NCBI GenBank assembly: GCA_964016885.1
Contig: OZ024742.1
Location: 229,896,001 to 229,960,000, forward strand
Length of the DNA stretch: 64,000 nt
Direction of reading: 5' to 3'
From: Eledone cirrhosa
Lineage: Eukaryota
Shown: piece after piece, positions 13,636 through 24,235 of the stretch
How the letters are laid out: each line of letters starts with the position of its first letter
Numbering within the stretch: position 1 is the first letter of the stretch
Translations under genes and position numbers: made by a program
Notes under the pieces: model-generated
Seen by the model: the letters and a program-made list of their open reading frames with translations, nothing else
What the model was told of the DNA's origin: nothing
Database searches by the model: none

Positions 13636-14598
13636 GCTCTAGTATTAATGTAAGGGAGATATATGTGGTTAGGAGAGAAACCAGCTGTTATATAGAGAGA
13701 AAAATGAAAAGTAACCAGACATAGGCGAGGCATAAAAACCCTATGTTTTAATGTAGAAGTATTAGTATGTATAAAAACCAGGCACTATAATGTAAATATC
13801 AGTATTCCTGAATGAGACACGTATCCATAATGTGTGAAAAGTAATGATCTTATGTTTAGTTTTAAAAATTCATATGTTTATATGATAACTACAAAGATCG
13901 ATGTGAATTTACGTGATCAACTCTGCAAACCCCAATTTCACACGGAGAACATTCTCATTGTGCTATAAAAATTTAAGTATACATATATGTGTATATATAT
14001 ACACATATATATAGAGTCTATATTAATTTTAACAATACTATTCTTGTCTTTACTCTACAAGATTATCTATCAAGCAGAAATAGAGAACAGATTTCAATAT
14101 ATTAATAAAAAATATCAGAAACAAAAACAAAAAAATAATAATAATAATAATAATAAATAATAATAAAATAGAAAACTAAAAAATATTACGAAAAAATATT
14201 ACATATTAAAAATAAAAATATTAGAAAATACTACAATAATAAAAATAAACCACAAAGATCAACCCTTCAAAATTAATTGACAATATATTGCCAAGTTCAT
14301 TATAAGCATCAGAGTCGAAAACAGATAAAGCTAAAAATTATTTAACAAATCGCGTCTAGCAAAAATCGTTTCAAAAAGTTTAGGATGCCCATTTGGTCTA
14401 CATGTGTTCTTATATTTAATATAGAAGTTTATCTAGTGTAACGTTTATTCGAAATATTTGGAGCATCAACTTTTAGGGTAGTTTAATTTTTCATGAAGAA
14501 TGTTTAAATAAAAATAAAAATAAAAAGAAGAATAAAAAGAAGAAATCGAAAGATTTATCGGCTAGTTTCCCAAATAATTATAAATCAAACTAAATATA

Positions 14599-16457
14599 CT
14601 ACATTTTAAATTTAAATTTATATTTAAAAGTTGAGTTTAATCTATGTTTGCAGCAACTGAATAAATTTGTCCGTAGATTAAGGGAATTTTTAGATTTTAG
14701 TATAAAGAATATCTCCTCTGCGCAGAGGTCACATGTCTCAGAGGATGAATTAAAGGGAATCCCTCTTGAGACTATATTCCAAGCCGTCGAATATCTAACG
14801 TTATCTAGCTTAAATTGCCAGAGTACGCCTGATAGTGCTGTTGAAGATTTTTTGCTTGGATCTGTGAAAGAATATCTTGTGGTTATTATAGCGAAGTTTA
14901 AATTCCGTCGATGTGGAACCGACGTAGTTAAAAGAATTAGAGTCAGTTTTAACATTACAATTGTATATTATATTTTTAACTAAGCAGTTGTTATTTAACG
15001 GACATTTAGATCTATCTCTACAGTTACATTTGTTAACTTGTATATTATTTATGCTATTACCACTAGGTTTTAAGTTCCTATTATTTATTCTATTAATATT
15101 TTGTGCTAAATTTTTGGTGGATGAGTAGGTTAATTTTATAGTATGTCTATTGAAAATTGAGTGATACCTATGTGTTCTAGGGAAGCGATTATCAAGAGCT
15201 TTAAAAAATAGTTTAGCGATGTGGGTTTTAATGTTTAGTGAGAAAGGGGGGGGGGGGGGGGCAAACCAAATTATGTTCCTAGTTCTATTTCTTTTTTGGC
15301 TTTTGGAATTATTGTAATGCTTTCTATTATAGTTGTTAAGGTTGTTGCCGTAATTAAAATAGTTGTTATTTTGTTTAGTTTGTCTATCATTATCTATGTA
15401 CATAATCTTATCACTATATCCTGCTCTAGCTAACGCTTCATTGTAGTACTGGGCTTTTTCGTCGAAAATCTTTCTATTAGACGAGATTCTAGAGATACGT
15501 TTTTGAACAGAGTTTACTATAGTGTTTTTGACAGATCTGGGGTGGTTAGAGTTAAAGCTGACATAGTTTAAGTTTTCATTCAACTTGTGAAAAGGATAGT
15601 GAAGACATGTGTTGAGATTTAATGTTATATCTAGGAAATTGACTATTCTATGGTTGTTTTCAATTTCTATTTTAAGATTAAAGTAATTAAAAAATTGTGT
15701 AATTTGTTTACTTTTTCTATTTAGTTCAGAGTTATTATTATCAATAAGTAAAAGCATGTCATCTCTATATAAACCTCCGGTAGTACCAGGTATTTTCCTA
15801 TGTAGCGAATTGATTAAAAATAAGCCCACAAGGTCAGTTACCTGAGCTGAGTCGGATGAACCCATAGTAATGTCAAAATTGCTATCTCTATCTGCTCTGG
15901 TCCATAGTTGGTCATTAAATTCTATCAATGTTTTCCTAGCCGATAATATAATGTGCATTTCATTGCTAGTTAGGTCTGTATGTTTGAATGCGTAATTTAG
16001 TGCCTTATTTAGTAGATTAGGGGTAAAAGAAGAATAATAGTTAGCAATATCAAGTTGAATAAACTTATTATTGTTATATTTAATTTGCTTAAATCACTCA
16101 ACAACCTCTCCAGTTCCCTTCCACAAGCTCAGGTTAGGTAAACAATTCAAGTTCTTAATTTGCTGTATCACCCTGTCAAGAATGTTTTTGCTTAATTTGC
16201 CCAGGTCCGATTTTGATGGTGCGATCAATCTAACTGGCAAGTCATTTTCAAAATTCCTTTTGTGATCTTTCATATTGATCTTCGGTTTCCTGGGCACGAA
16301 AGGTTGTGTTCTGTTCTCAATTTCCAACTCGTGCATTATACTCGATGCTTCGACATTCATTTTCTCAAGCTCGGCCTTATCTGCTACCTTGTACTTTTTC
16401 CTCAGTTCCTTCAGTATGAGGCCATTATACATGTCTTTCTGCACTCCATAGAGGTTG
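14599..16457 (-). pseudogene. PLE reverse transcriptase / GIY-YIG endonuclease (disrupted)
   Basis: KDHKRNF..VRLIAPSKSDLG, FIQLDIANYY, TMGSSDSAQVTDLVGL, GLYRDD, CNCRDRSKCPLNNNC finger, NIIY..YVGST..RYNNH, CDLCAEE..LNLR..CCKH. In-frame TGA at 16094-16096 and a frameshift at ~14876. Confidence 0.9.
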
Positions 16458-16729
16458 TTCACATCGATGTTTGTAGTTATCATATAAACATATGAATTTT
16501 TAAAACTAAACATAAGATCATTACTTTTCACACATTATGGATACGTGTCTCATTCAGGAATACTGATATTTACATTATAGTGCCTGGTTTTTATACATAC
16601 TAATACTTCTACATTAAAACATAAGGTTTTTATGCCTCGCCGATGTCTGGTTACTTTTCATTTTTCTCTCTATATAACAGCTGGTTTCTCTCCTAACCAC
16701 ATATATCTCCCTTACATTAATACTAGAGC

Positions 16730-16760
<31 letters not shown>

Positions 16761-17094
16761 ATGTATCATTGATACGTTTATTCAACGGATGTCCAACTAC
16801 CTACTTTTCTCTATATATATCTATCTCTATCTATTTCCTCTCTCTATATATATCTCTCTCTGTTTCTTTACATGAAGTTCTTCTCTTTATCTATCTTTCC
16901 ATCTCTCTATTTTGTTACATGCATTTCTTCTTTTTCTTCTTTTTCTTCGTTTTCTTTCTTTCTTTTCTTTCTTTCCTTCTTTCTCTCTTTCTTTCTTTCT
17001 GTTTACAATTTTTCACTGCCAAATCAACTTTTCAAATACAAGTCGATGTTGAACGGTATGTCAAATCTATTTATCTATAAAACTGTCTATATTG

Positions 17095-17160
17095 TATTTT
17101 GTCTGAGGAAGGCATAGCATATTGTTAATATGATATCCCTGAAATATATATAATGAAATA
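17095..17160 (+). ncRNA. Type I hammerhead ribozyme in the inverted pLTR
   Basis: Stem I UAUUUUGU/AUGAAAUA; core CUGAGGA (17103-17109); stem II AGG..CAUAUU-guu-AAUAUG..CCU; GAAA (17141-17144); palindromic stem III A-UAUAUA-U. Predicted cleavage after A17152. Confidence 0.8.
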
Positions 17161-17676
17161 AATATGGTTTTATAAATGTAGTTTCCATTTATTTAATATC
17201 GTAAATATACTCCAAATACTTGTTGAGTGCTTTTATATCAGTTATAAATATTTACTAGTTGTAACCCAACAATTTAAATATAACTTTCCATATATATATA
17301 TATATATATTTGGCTTGGGTGGTTAATGCCTTCTTGACCACCTTTTCAGTTTTGTATGGCTTCTTAACACATTCTTTAGTTCTGGTTTTTAACTATGGAC
17401 CACTTTGCCAGTATCATTTCTGATTTTTGCGTTTCGCTTCGCTTTTCCTGCCCGCCGAAATGCGATTGTCGCTGAATATTTATTTGTATATAACCTTACA
17501 CACTTAAATATAAATGCATGTATATATATACAAATGTATAAATGCATAGCTATATAAATACGTAAATGTATGTATGTATATATGTATGTATGTAGATTTA
17601 TATATATATATATATGTATGTATGTATGTATGTAGATTTATATGTACATATATATATAAATATATGTATGTATGTA

Positions 17677-17768
<92 letters not shown>

Positions 17769-17776
17769 TGTATATT

Positions 17777-17807
<31 letters not shown>

Positions 17808-17874
17808 CGTAAAATAAGAAAATATCTTTTAAAAAAATTTTTTTTTAATTTTTTACTTACTTACTTAAATTTTC

Positions 17875-17956
17875 ACTCCAACTAATTAGTTTCTGCAATG
17901 GGATAAAGACAGTTACGTAATCCAACTGTCGAGAATTCATTGCGTCATCAGGGAGT
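17875..17956 (-). ncRNA. Type I hammerhead ribozyme, array unit 1
   Basis: Minus strand: ACUCC-CUGAUGA-c-GCAAUG..GACAGUU/AACUGUC..CAUUGC-a-GAAA-CUAAUUAG-UU-GGAGU. Palindromic stem III ACUAAUUAGU, GUU cleavage triplet, C-A mismatch at the base of stem II. Confidence 0.8.
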
Positions 17957-18432
17957 CTATTCTCAGTTAAGTCTCCAGGCAATGCGCGGACACTGGCGGC
18001 TCATATAAAAATAATAATAATTCGGTAGATCGAACAGCTGGCGAGGACTGGATTCTATGTACCGAAATTCTCACTGCTTCAGGTCAAATGGCCGATTCTA
18101 AAGAATCAATCACGTGACACAGAGGCTAGTTAGAAGGAATGGGATGGTAAGATGACTGACGCCTACTAACACCCCAAAAAATTTTTTTTAGAAGTGGTTT
18201 TGGCAAGTTTGCTCGACAAATCAGTGATTTGGAGATAAATATAGATAATTTAATATATCAACTAACATAAGCGCACAGATGCACGCCCATGCTAGCAAAT
18301 ACACAGGTTATGTCATAGTACCTAGGTGGTTCAATGCAGGAGAATGCAGAACAATAATATAAAAGACGTAAAATAAGAAAATATCTTTTAAAAAATTTTT
18401 TAAATTTTTTTTACTTACTTACTTAAATTTTC

Positions 18433-18514
18433 ACTCCAACTAATTAGTTTCTGCAATGGGATAAAGACAGTTACGTAATCCAACTGTCGAGAATTCATTG
18501 CGTCATCAGGGAGT
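18433..18514 (-). ncRNA. Type I hammerhead ribozyme, array unit 2
   Basis: Same motif as unit 1. Confidence 0.8.
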
Positions 18515-18991
18515 CTATTCTCAGTTAAGTCTCCAGGCAATGCGCGGACACTGGCGGCTCATATAAAAATAATAATAATTCGGTAGATCGAACAGCTGGC
18601 GAGGACTGGATTCTATGTACCGAAATTCTCACTGCTTCAGGTCAAATGGCCGATTCTAAAGAATCAATCACGTGACACAGAGGCTAGTTAGAAGGAATGG
18701 GATGGTAAGATGACTGACGCCTACTAACACCCCAAAAAATTTTTTTTAGAAGTGGTTTTGGCAAGTTTGCTCGACAAATCAGTGATTTGGAGATAAATAT
18801 AGATAATTTAATATATCAACTAACATAAGCGCACAGATGCACGCCCATGCTAGCAAATACACAGGTTATGTCATAGTACCTAGGTGGTTCAATGCAGGAG
18901 AATGCAGAACAATAATATAAAAGACGTAAAATAAGAAAATATCTTTTAAAAAAATTTTTTAAAGATTTTTTACTTACTTACTTAAATTTTC

Positions 18992-19073
18992 ACTCCAACT
19001 AATTAGTTTCTGCAATGGGATAAAGACAGCTACGTAATCCAACTGTCGAGAATTCATTGCGTCATCAGGGAGT
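18992..19073 (-). ncRNA. Type I hammerhead ribozyme, array unit 3
   Basis: Same motif; one A>G change in distal stem II gives a G-U pair. Confidence 0.8.
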
Positions 19074-20296
19074 CTATTCTCAGTTAAATCTCCAGGCAAT
19101 GCGCGGACACTGGCGGCTCATATAAAAATAATAATAATTCGGTAGATCGAACAGCTGGCGAGGACTGGATTCTATTTACCGAAATTCTCACTGCTTCAGG
19201 TCAAATGGCCGATTCTAAAGAATCAATCACGTGACACAGAGGCTAGTTAGAAGGAATGGGATGGTAAGATGACTGACGCCTACTAACACCCCAAAAAATT
19301 TTTTTTAGAAGTGGTTTTGGCAAGTTTGCTCGACAAATCAGTGATTTGGAGATAAATATAGATAATTTAATATATCAACTAACATAAGCGCACAGATGCA
19401 CGCCCATGCTAGCAAATACACAGGTTATGTCATAGTACCTAGGTGGTTCAATGCAGGAGAATGCAGAACAATAACATAAAAGACGTAAAATAAGAAAATA
19501 TCTTTTAAAAAAATTTTAAAAAAATTTTTTACTTACTTACTTATGTAAGTATGTATATATATATGTATATATGTATGATTGTAAGTAGATTTATATATAT
19601 ATATATATAAATCTACATATATATATATATATATGTAGATTTATATATATATATATATAAATCTACTTACAATCATACATATATACATACATTTACGTAT
19701 GTACATAACTATGCATTTATACATTTGTATATATACATGCATTTATATTTAAATGTGTAAGGTTATTGATATGATCTATGTCTTCTTTTTTTGGTAAGGA
19801 GAAAATTTTTCTTGCCAGATTTTATTACCTAGCGAGATTAAATACCACACTTCTGGCTGAAAGCTGACCAGGTTCTCAACTTCATCAAACACTAACGCCG
19901 GCCTGTGTGTGTATATATGTGTGGGTGTGTATGTGTGTGTATGTATCTGTATATATGTGTGTATGTTCACCACCATTGCTGCTCCTTGTCATTTCTGTTG
20001 AAGTAGTCCTTACATTCATTCTCTTTAATTTCTTTTGATTTTCTTTTATCTCCCTAGGGAAATCGTTGACAAGCTTCTTTAATTAGTTTATCAGGCTTCT
20101 TTGTTTTCCTCATTCAAATCACTGACTGTCTAAGAGACGTACCAGTATGACTTATAAAACTTACCAAACTAAACGAGCTTCTAGCGCCCTCAAAGTTTCA
20201 AACTTACTGCATAACGCCCCCTAACGCCCCCCTTACTGCATAACGCCCCTCTGGGGAAATGAAACGCCCCCCCCCCCCCTCCGTTGAGAACCTTTA

Positions 20297-21025
20297 CTGT
20301 AGACGAACATAAATAAATAAACAAATAAATAGGTAAAAACTTTAAAAAATAAGCATAAGTTTCATTGTAATGTAATATTTGAATGTCTGACTTAGTTTGT
20401 TTGTTTATTTGTTTGTTTGTTTTTCTTTTCTTTACGTTTTTCCTTGGTGCTGTGGTGTTTTGATTTTGATTTTTGATTTTTTGATTTTTTGATTTTTTGA
20501 CCGGGTCATCAAATCAGTCTATTTATATCTTTTGATACCTTCCCCACTTAGTGGGAATACTAGTATCCCTCTGTCTTAGCAGGAGGTAGTGGGAGACAAT
20601 AGCGGCGGTAGCGATAATGACGCAGTGGTGGAGCTGATAGTACTAGTGTAGTGATAGTGTTGAAGTTGAAGTAGAAATAGAAGTTGAAGTAACAGATGGC
20701 TTGGCTAGATCTTTTGTGTGGTAGTGGTGATGGTGGCGGCGACGGTGGTGGTGGTGGTGTTGGTGGTGAAATTATTTGCCTGTCAGTCCAAGTAGCGATT
20801 TTCCTCTTTTTTTACTATAACATTTCTGATCCATAATTAAATATTAAATATTGGGGTCCTATGCCGTAATGTGATGCGTTGTCGCTTTCTGAGAGTTAAA
20901 AACTGTAATCTTACGTTTCATTTGTAATAAGAATTATTCTATCACAGTTGTTTTCAATATGTAAATATCAAAAACTTACGGGAGCGATTCCATAACACTA
21001 TATCCACCATGTGCGTCTCCTTCCC
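20297..21025 (-). mobile_element. Detached 5' leader of Dong copy 1
   Basis: Homologous to 33521-34835 (ctgtagacgaac..., aagcataagtttcattgtaatg, ...aaaacttacgggagcgatt...tatccaccatgtgcgtc) with an internal ~570-bp deletion. Confidence 0.8.
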
Positions 21026-21035
21026 TATTCTTCTT

Positions 21036-21103
<68 letters not shown>

Positions 21104-21140
21104 GATTATTATTATTATTATTATTATTGTTATTATTAAT
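21026..21140. repeat. Compound (TTC)n-(TTA)n microsatellite
   Basis: Directly visible; separates two Dong-derived segments. Confidence 0.97.
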
Positions 21141-21902
21141 CCTTGAATCTCAGTCATTGATGTTGGTTAACTGGAAAGTCCGTTGGAATGAATATCAAGC
21201 CACTACCTGCAGCCTCAGATATTCAGGACGTATCGGAGGGTTCTTGCTGTTCCCAGCAAGCATGCCTTTTGAAGAGTTCCAAAAAGCGTGAAGGGGCCGA
21301 TTTTCTTTAACCATCCCTGGAAACTTTTGGAGATAGTCCCCAGTGCGCCTATGACAATCGGGATCACTTTGACTTCATGGCAGTTCCAAATCCTTTTTAC
21401 CTCCCACTTTAAGTCCTGGTATCGGTTAATTTTCTCCCTCTCCTTCTCTTGCACTCTCGTGTCGAATGGGCAGGCCACATCCACAATCAGACACGATCTT
21501 TTTTCTTTGTCCACAACCACCAGGTCAGGTCTATTGTGTTCCAGTTTCTTGTCCGTCTGTATCCTAAAATCCCACAGCACCTTCACCTGATCGTTCTCCA
21601 TCACCGCCTCTGGCCTATGCTCATACCATTTCTGAGAATGTGGTAAATTTTTTACTTTGCACAGGTGCCAGTGGATCACCCTGCCCATCACATCGTGTCT
21701 CCAGCCCTTATAGTGGGTCTGGGCTAGGTGTTTACCCTCGGATACAATGTGATCAACAGTCTCCTCTCTCTCTCCACAGATCCTGCACAGTGGGCTAGCC
21801 TCCTCCTTGTAAATATGGTGATTCAACCACTTCGTTTTGAGGGCCTGCTCCTGCGCAGCCATTAACATTCCTTCTGTAGCCTTTTTGAGGTGTCCTCTTC
21901 TC
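21141..21902 (-). mobile_element. Dong 3' fragment F1 (zinc finger + RLE), 5'-truncated
   Basis: CRICGEREETVDHIV, RHD, RPDLVV..IVDVACP..KINRY; 3' UTR ends in (AAT)n on the element strand. Confidence 0.93.
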
Positions 21903-22135
21903 TTATTATTATTATTATTATTGAATGCCATGGTTGACGGAGGCTCGGCTCTGTAAGGTATAGTAATTTTTAACCGTTAAAACAATTGTAAATTGCTTAA
22001 AACTTGAACCAAATTGTTGATAAAGACACCCTCCTCCTCGTGAGAGGGGTCTTTCTGTCCGTTATTTGGCCCTTCGGGGTTAAATAACCAGTTATTGGGG
22101 TTTTGTACCCAAAATTTCATTTTAAACAAAAAAAC

Positions 22136-24235
22136 ATGGCTACCAAAAAAAAAAAATTTCATACGTCACTCCCACTCATTCCGTCTTCTTCTTCCTCAAT
22201 CATCACTACAGGAGAGAGAAGATTGTCTCTCTCCCTCCCTTCTTTAAATGTGTCTCTCTCCCTACCTTCTCTTTCGCAAGCGACGAAAGAAAAGAAAAGT
22301 CTCGTGCAAAGCGTGCAAGGTTTCTCCACGACGACGACGACAGCGACGAAACAGGTGTGCGGGAAATACGAAAACCCAGTTCATTCGTCTGACGTCAGGA
22401 ATAATAGCAGTAGCAGCCGTAATAACAACAGCAACAGTGACAATGAAAACAACAGTAGCAGCCGCAACAGCATCACCAGCAGCATAAACAACAACACCAT
22501 TAGCAGCAGCAACACCAACAACAACCACAGCAACAGCGGCGGAGGCAGTAGTCGTAGTACCTGCAGCAACAACAAAAGTACCAGCAGCTCTGACGACAAC
22601 AACAACAGCAGAGAAAAACCAATCTCATTTGCAGGTATTGCGAAAAACCTGGAAACAATCCTCATAACAAATGAGGAATTAGAGGAAGCGAAGAAGATGG
22701 TGACAAAGAACGGACACCGAGCAATCTGCAAGGCAGCGAAAAATTTTTTCGAAACCCAAGAGCACTGTACGGTCACGTACCGTACAGTAAGTACAAAATC
22801 CCGTAGGGTGGAAAGAGCCACAGAGGCCCAAATACAAAAAGCCTTGGGGTCTGTGTGGCAGAGGAAAACGCACATCACCCGAGGCAAAAAATACGCCACC
22901 GTAGACGTACTTTTTGCCACACCCCAGGAGGCAAAGGCCCAATCAGTAGTGACCCTAAGGAGCGAGGAAATGGTGTTGGTGCCCTCCTACTGCGGGCAAA
23001 AAATTGTGAGGGTCAAACTGACCCACGTCCCCCCCGGAATGACCCCTTCTTGGCTGGCCGCGTCTGTCCTCGTCGGAATCGAGGACAAAACAACTGTACT
23101 GCAAGTACAGAAAAAAGTAAGAGAAGATTGGGTCGGCTCCTCCATTGAGATGCTAATACAAACCAACCAGGAGTGCATCGAAGCTATCCCGGATGTGATA
23201 GACTTCGATAACGGCACTCAACTGCCCATAAGTGTTGAGGGCAAACGCCCGAAATGCTTTCGCTGTGGATCGAAGACTCACCTCAGGGCCTTCTGCAACG
23301 AGAAGACCCTGAGAAAGGAGAAAACCCCCCTCCTCCCGAATCCGGTTCCACGGCTACCAGCAACAGGACAAGCGGCAACCAGGAACGATAGGTCCGTGGC
23401 ACCCATACCCACTCCACGGAAATCAAAGACAGCAGCAGCAGTGGAAATATTAACAACAACAACAGCAATACCAAATGCAGCTGCAACAGAGACTCCAGTG
23501 CAAACATCACCAACAACAACAAGTGAAAGAGTGGAGCTGGTACCCCTCCCCGACCTTACAGAATCAGACATGGAGTGTGAGGTGGGAGAGGGATGGCAAA
23601 AGGTCTCAAGAAGGCACAAACGCAGAAGCAGCGCATCGTCGCCTTTGAAAAGGGAGGAAAGAAATGAGAAAAGGGTAAAGTCTACTGCAAAGAGACCCAC
23701 AGCAGCAACACCACCAACACCATCACCACCCACACCAGCACCACCATCACCACCGGCGACAACCCCACCGCCAACAACACCTTCAACACCACCACCACAA
23801 GCACCAACATCGCAAACACAACAACAAAACACACACACCCAGCAACAACGACAAGAAAATAGCAGAACCACACCCCACCCCCAGAAAAACAAATGCACGG
23901 CAATAAACACACACAACAAGAAACTAATGACTTACATAATTGAACACACAGACATTTCACAACAGGACTACATAATACCAGCACCAATCAAAACGCCAAC
24001 TAACATAAGACTGCTAAAAATAGCACAGAAACAATACACAAACATTAAAACGAAATTCCCCAACGCAGTTGGTGATTTCAGGGACCTAGGAGGAACCATT
24101 AATCGAAGAGTATATTCAGACATTCTCTTAGAAGAGCCGACGACCAGCCGAAGGGACGATTCAACGGTCCCTTCACCAGACGATCAAGTGAAAAGGGATG
24201 TAAAAACCATCCCTCCTCTACCAAAAATACGGTAA
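22136..24235 (+). CDS. Tx1 ORF1 nucleic-acid-binding protein (~699 aa, CX2CX4HX4C knuckle)
   Basis: First ATG at 22136; Ser/Asn-rich N-terminus, central conserved domain, CFRCGSKTHLRAFC, Pro/Thr-rich tail. Confidence 0.9.
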   Translation: MATKKKKFHTSLPLIPSSSSSIITTGERRLSLSLPSLNVSLSLPSLSQATKEKKSLVQSVQGFSTTTTTATKQVCGKYENPVHSSDVRNNSSSSRNNNSNSDNENNSSSRNSITSSINNNTISSSNTNNNHSNSGGGSSRSTCSNNKSTSSSDDNNNSREKPISFAGIAKNLETILITNEELEEAKKMVTKNGHRAICKAAKNFFETQEHCTVTYRTVSTKSRRVERATEAQIQKALGSVWQRKTHITRGKKYATVDVLFATPQEAKAQSVVTLRSEEMVLVPSYCGQKIVRVKLTHVPPGMTPSWLAASVLVGIEDKTTVLQVQKKVREDWVGSSIEMLIQTNQECIEAIPDVIDFDNGTQLPISVEGKRPKCFRCGSKTHLRAFCNEKTLRKEKTPLLPNPVPRLPATGQAATRNDRSVAPIPTPRKSKTAAAVEILTTTTAIPNAAATETPVQTSPTTTSERVELVPLPDLTESDMECEVGEGWQKVSRRHKRRSSASSPLKREERNEKRVKSTAKRPTAATPPTPSPPTPAPPSPPATTPPPTTPSTPPPQAPTSQTQQQNTHTQQQRQENSRTTPHPQKNKCTAINTHNKKLMTYIIEHTDISQQDYIIPAPIKTPTNIRLLKIAQKQYTNIKTKFPNAVGDFRDLGGTINRRVYSDILLEEPTTSRRDDSTVPSPDDQVKRDVKTIPPLPKIR

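Larger units (their letters stand above)
13104..17203 (-). mobile_element. Penelope-like element (Naiad-like), 5'-truncated, with inverted pLTR
   Basis: RT plus GIY-YIG ORF on -. 746-bp inverted repeats 13162-13907 and 16458-17203 with ~3 mismatches seen. ~58-bp 3' extension runs into (TA)n at 13065-13103. Confidence 0.9.
17800..19543 (-). mobile_element. Retrozyme-like non-coding tandem array, ~3.1 x 558-559 bp
   Basis: Unit marker aaaagacgtaaaataag at 17802, 18361, 18919 and 19478. Units near-identical, no ORF, one hammerhead per unit on -. The 3' end abuts (TA)n. Confidence 0.8.
17490..19766. repeat. ~110-bp inverted arms (17490-~17605 and ~19655-19766) with a TA/TATG-rich core enclosing the tandem array
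   Basis: ataaccttacacacttaaatataaatgcatg... is the approximate reverse complement of ...catgcatttatatttaaatgtgtaaggttat. An additional local palindrome spans ~19560-19690. Confidence 0.75.
11431..20296. mobile_element. ~8.9 kb composite insert splitting Dong copy 1, with hAT-like ends
   Basis: Dong homology stops at ~11430 and resumes at 20297; these points are ~17 bp apart in the intact copy. GTTCTCAAC at 11434 and 11451 vs GTTGAGAAC at 20283, with subterminal cgcccc repeats at 20184-20280. No clear TSD or transposase seen. Confidence 0.5.

Noticed and set aside
13791-13845. ctgaatgag-acac..gtgt-gaaa as a second pLTR hammerhead
   Set aside because: Core spacing is wrong, there is no stem III/I, and it is antisense to the element.
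16094-16096. In-frame TGA in the Naiad-like ORF as selenocysteine (some Naiads encode selenoproteins)
   Set aside because: It falls in VVE*FK, where Trp is expected (TGG>TGA). The zinc-finger cysteines are normal codons, the ORF also has a frameshift, and no SECIS was recognised.
16458-16531. Predicted PLE N-terminus MKSNDLMFSF...
   Set aside because: Translated from the inverted pLTR; real homology starts at NNLY, so the start is fortuitous.
17800-19543. CRISPR array or simple satellite
   Set aside because: No repeat-spacer structure; long identical units with ribozyme cores in a eukaryotic context.
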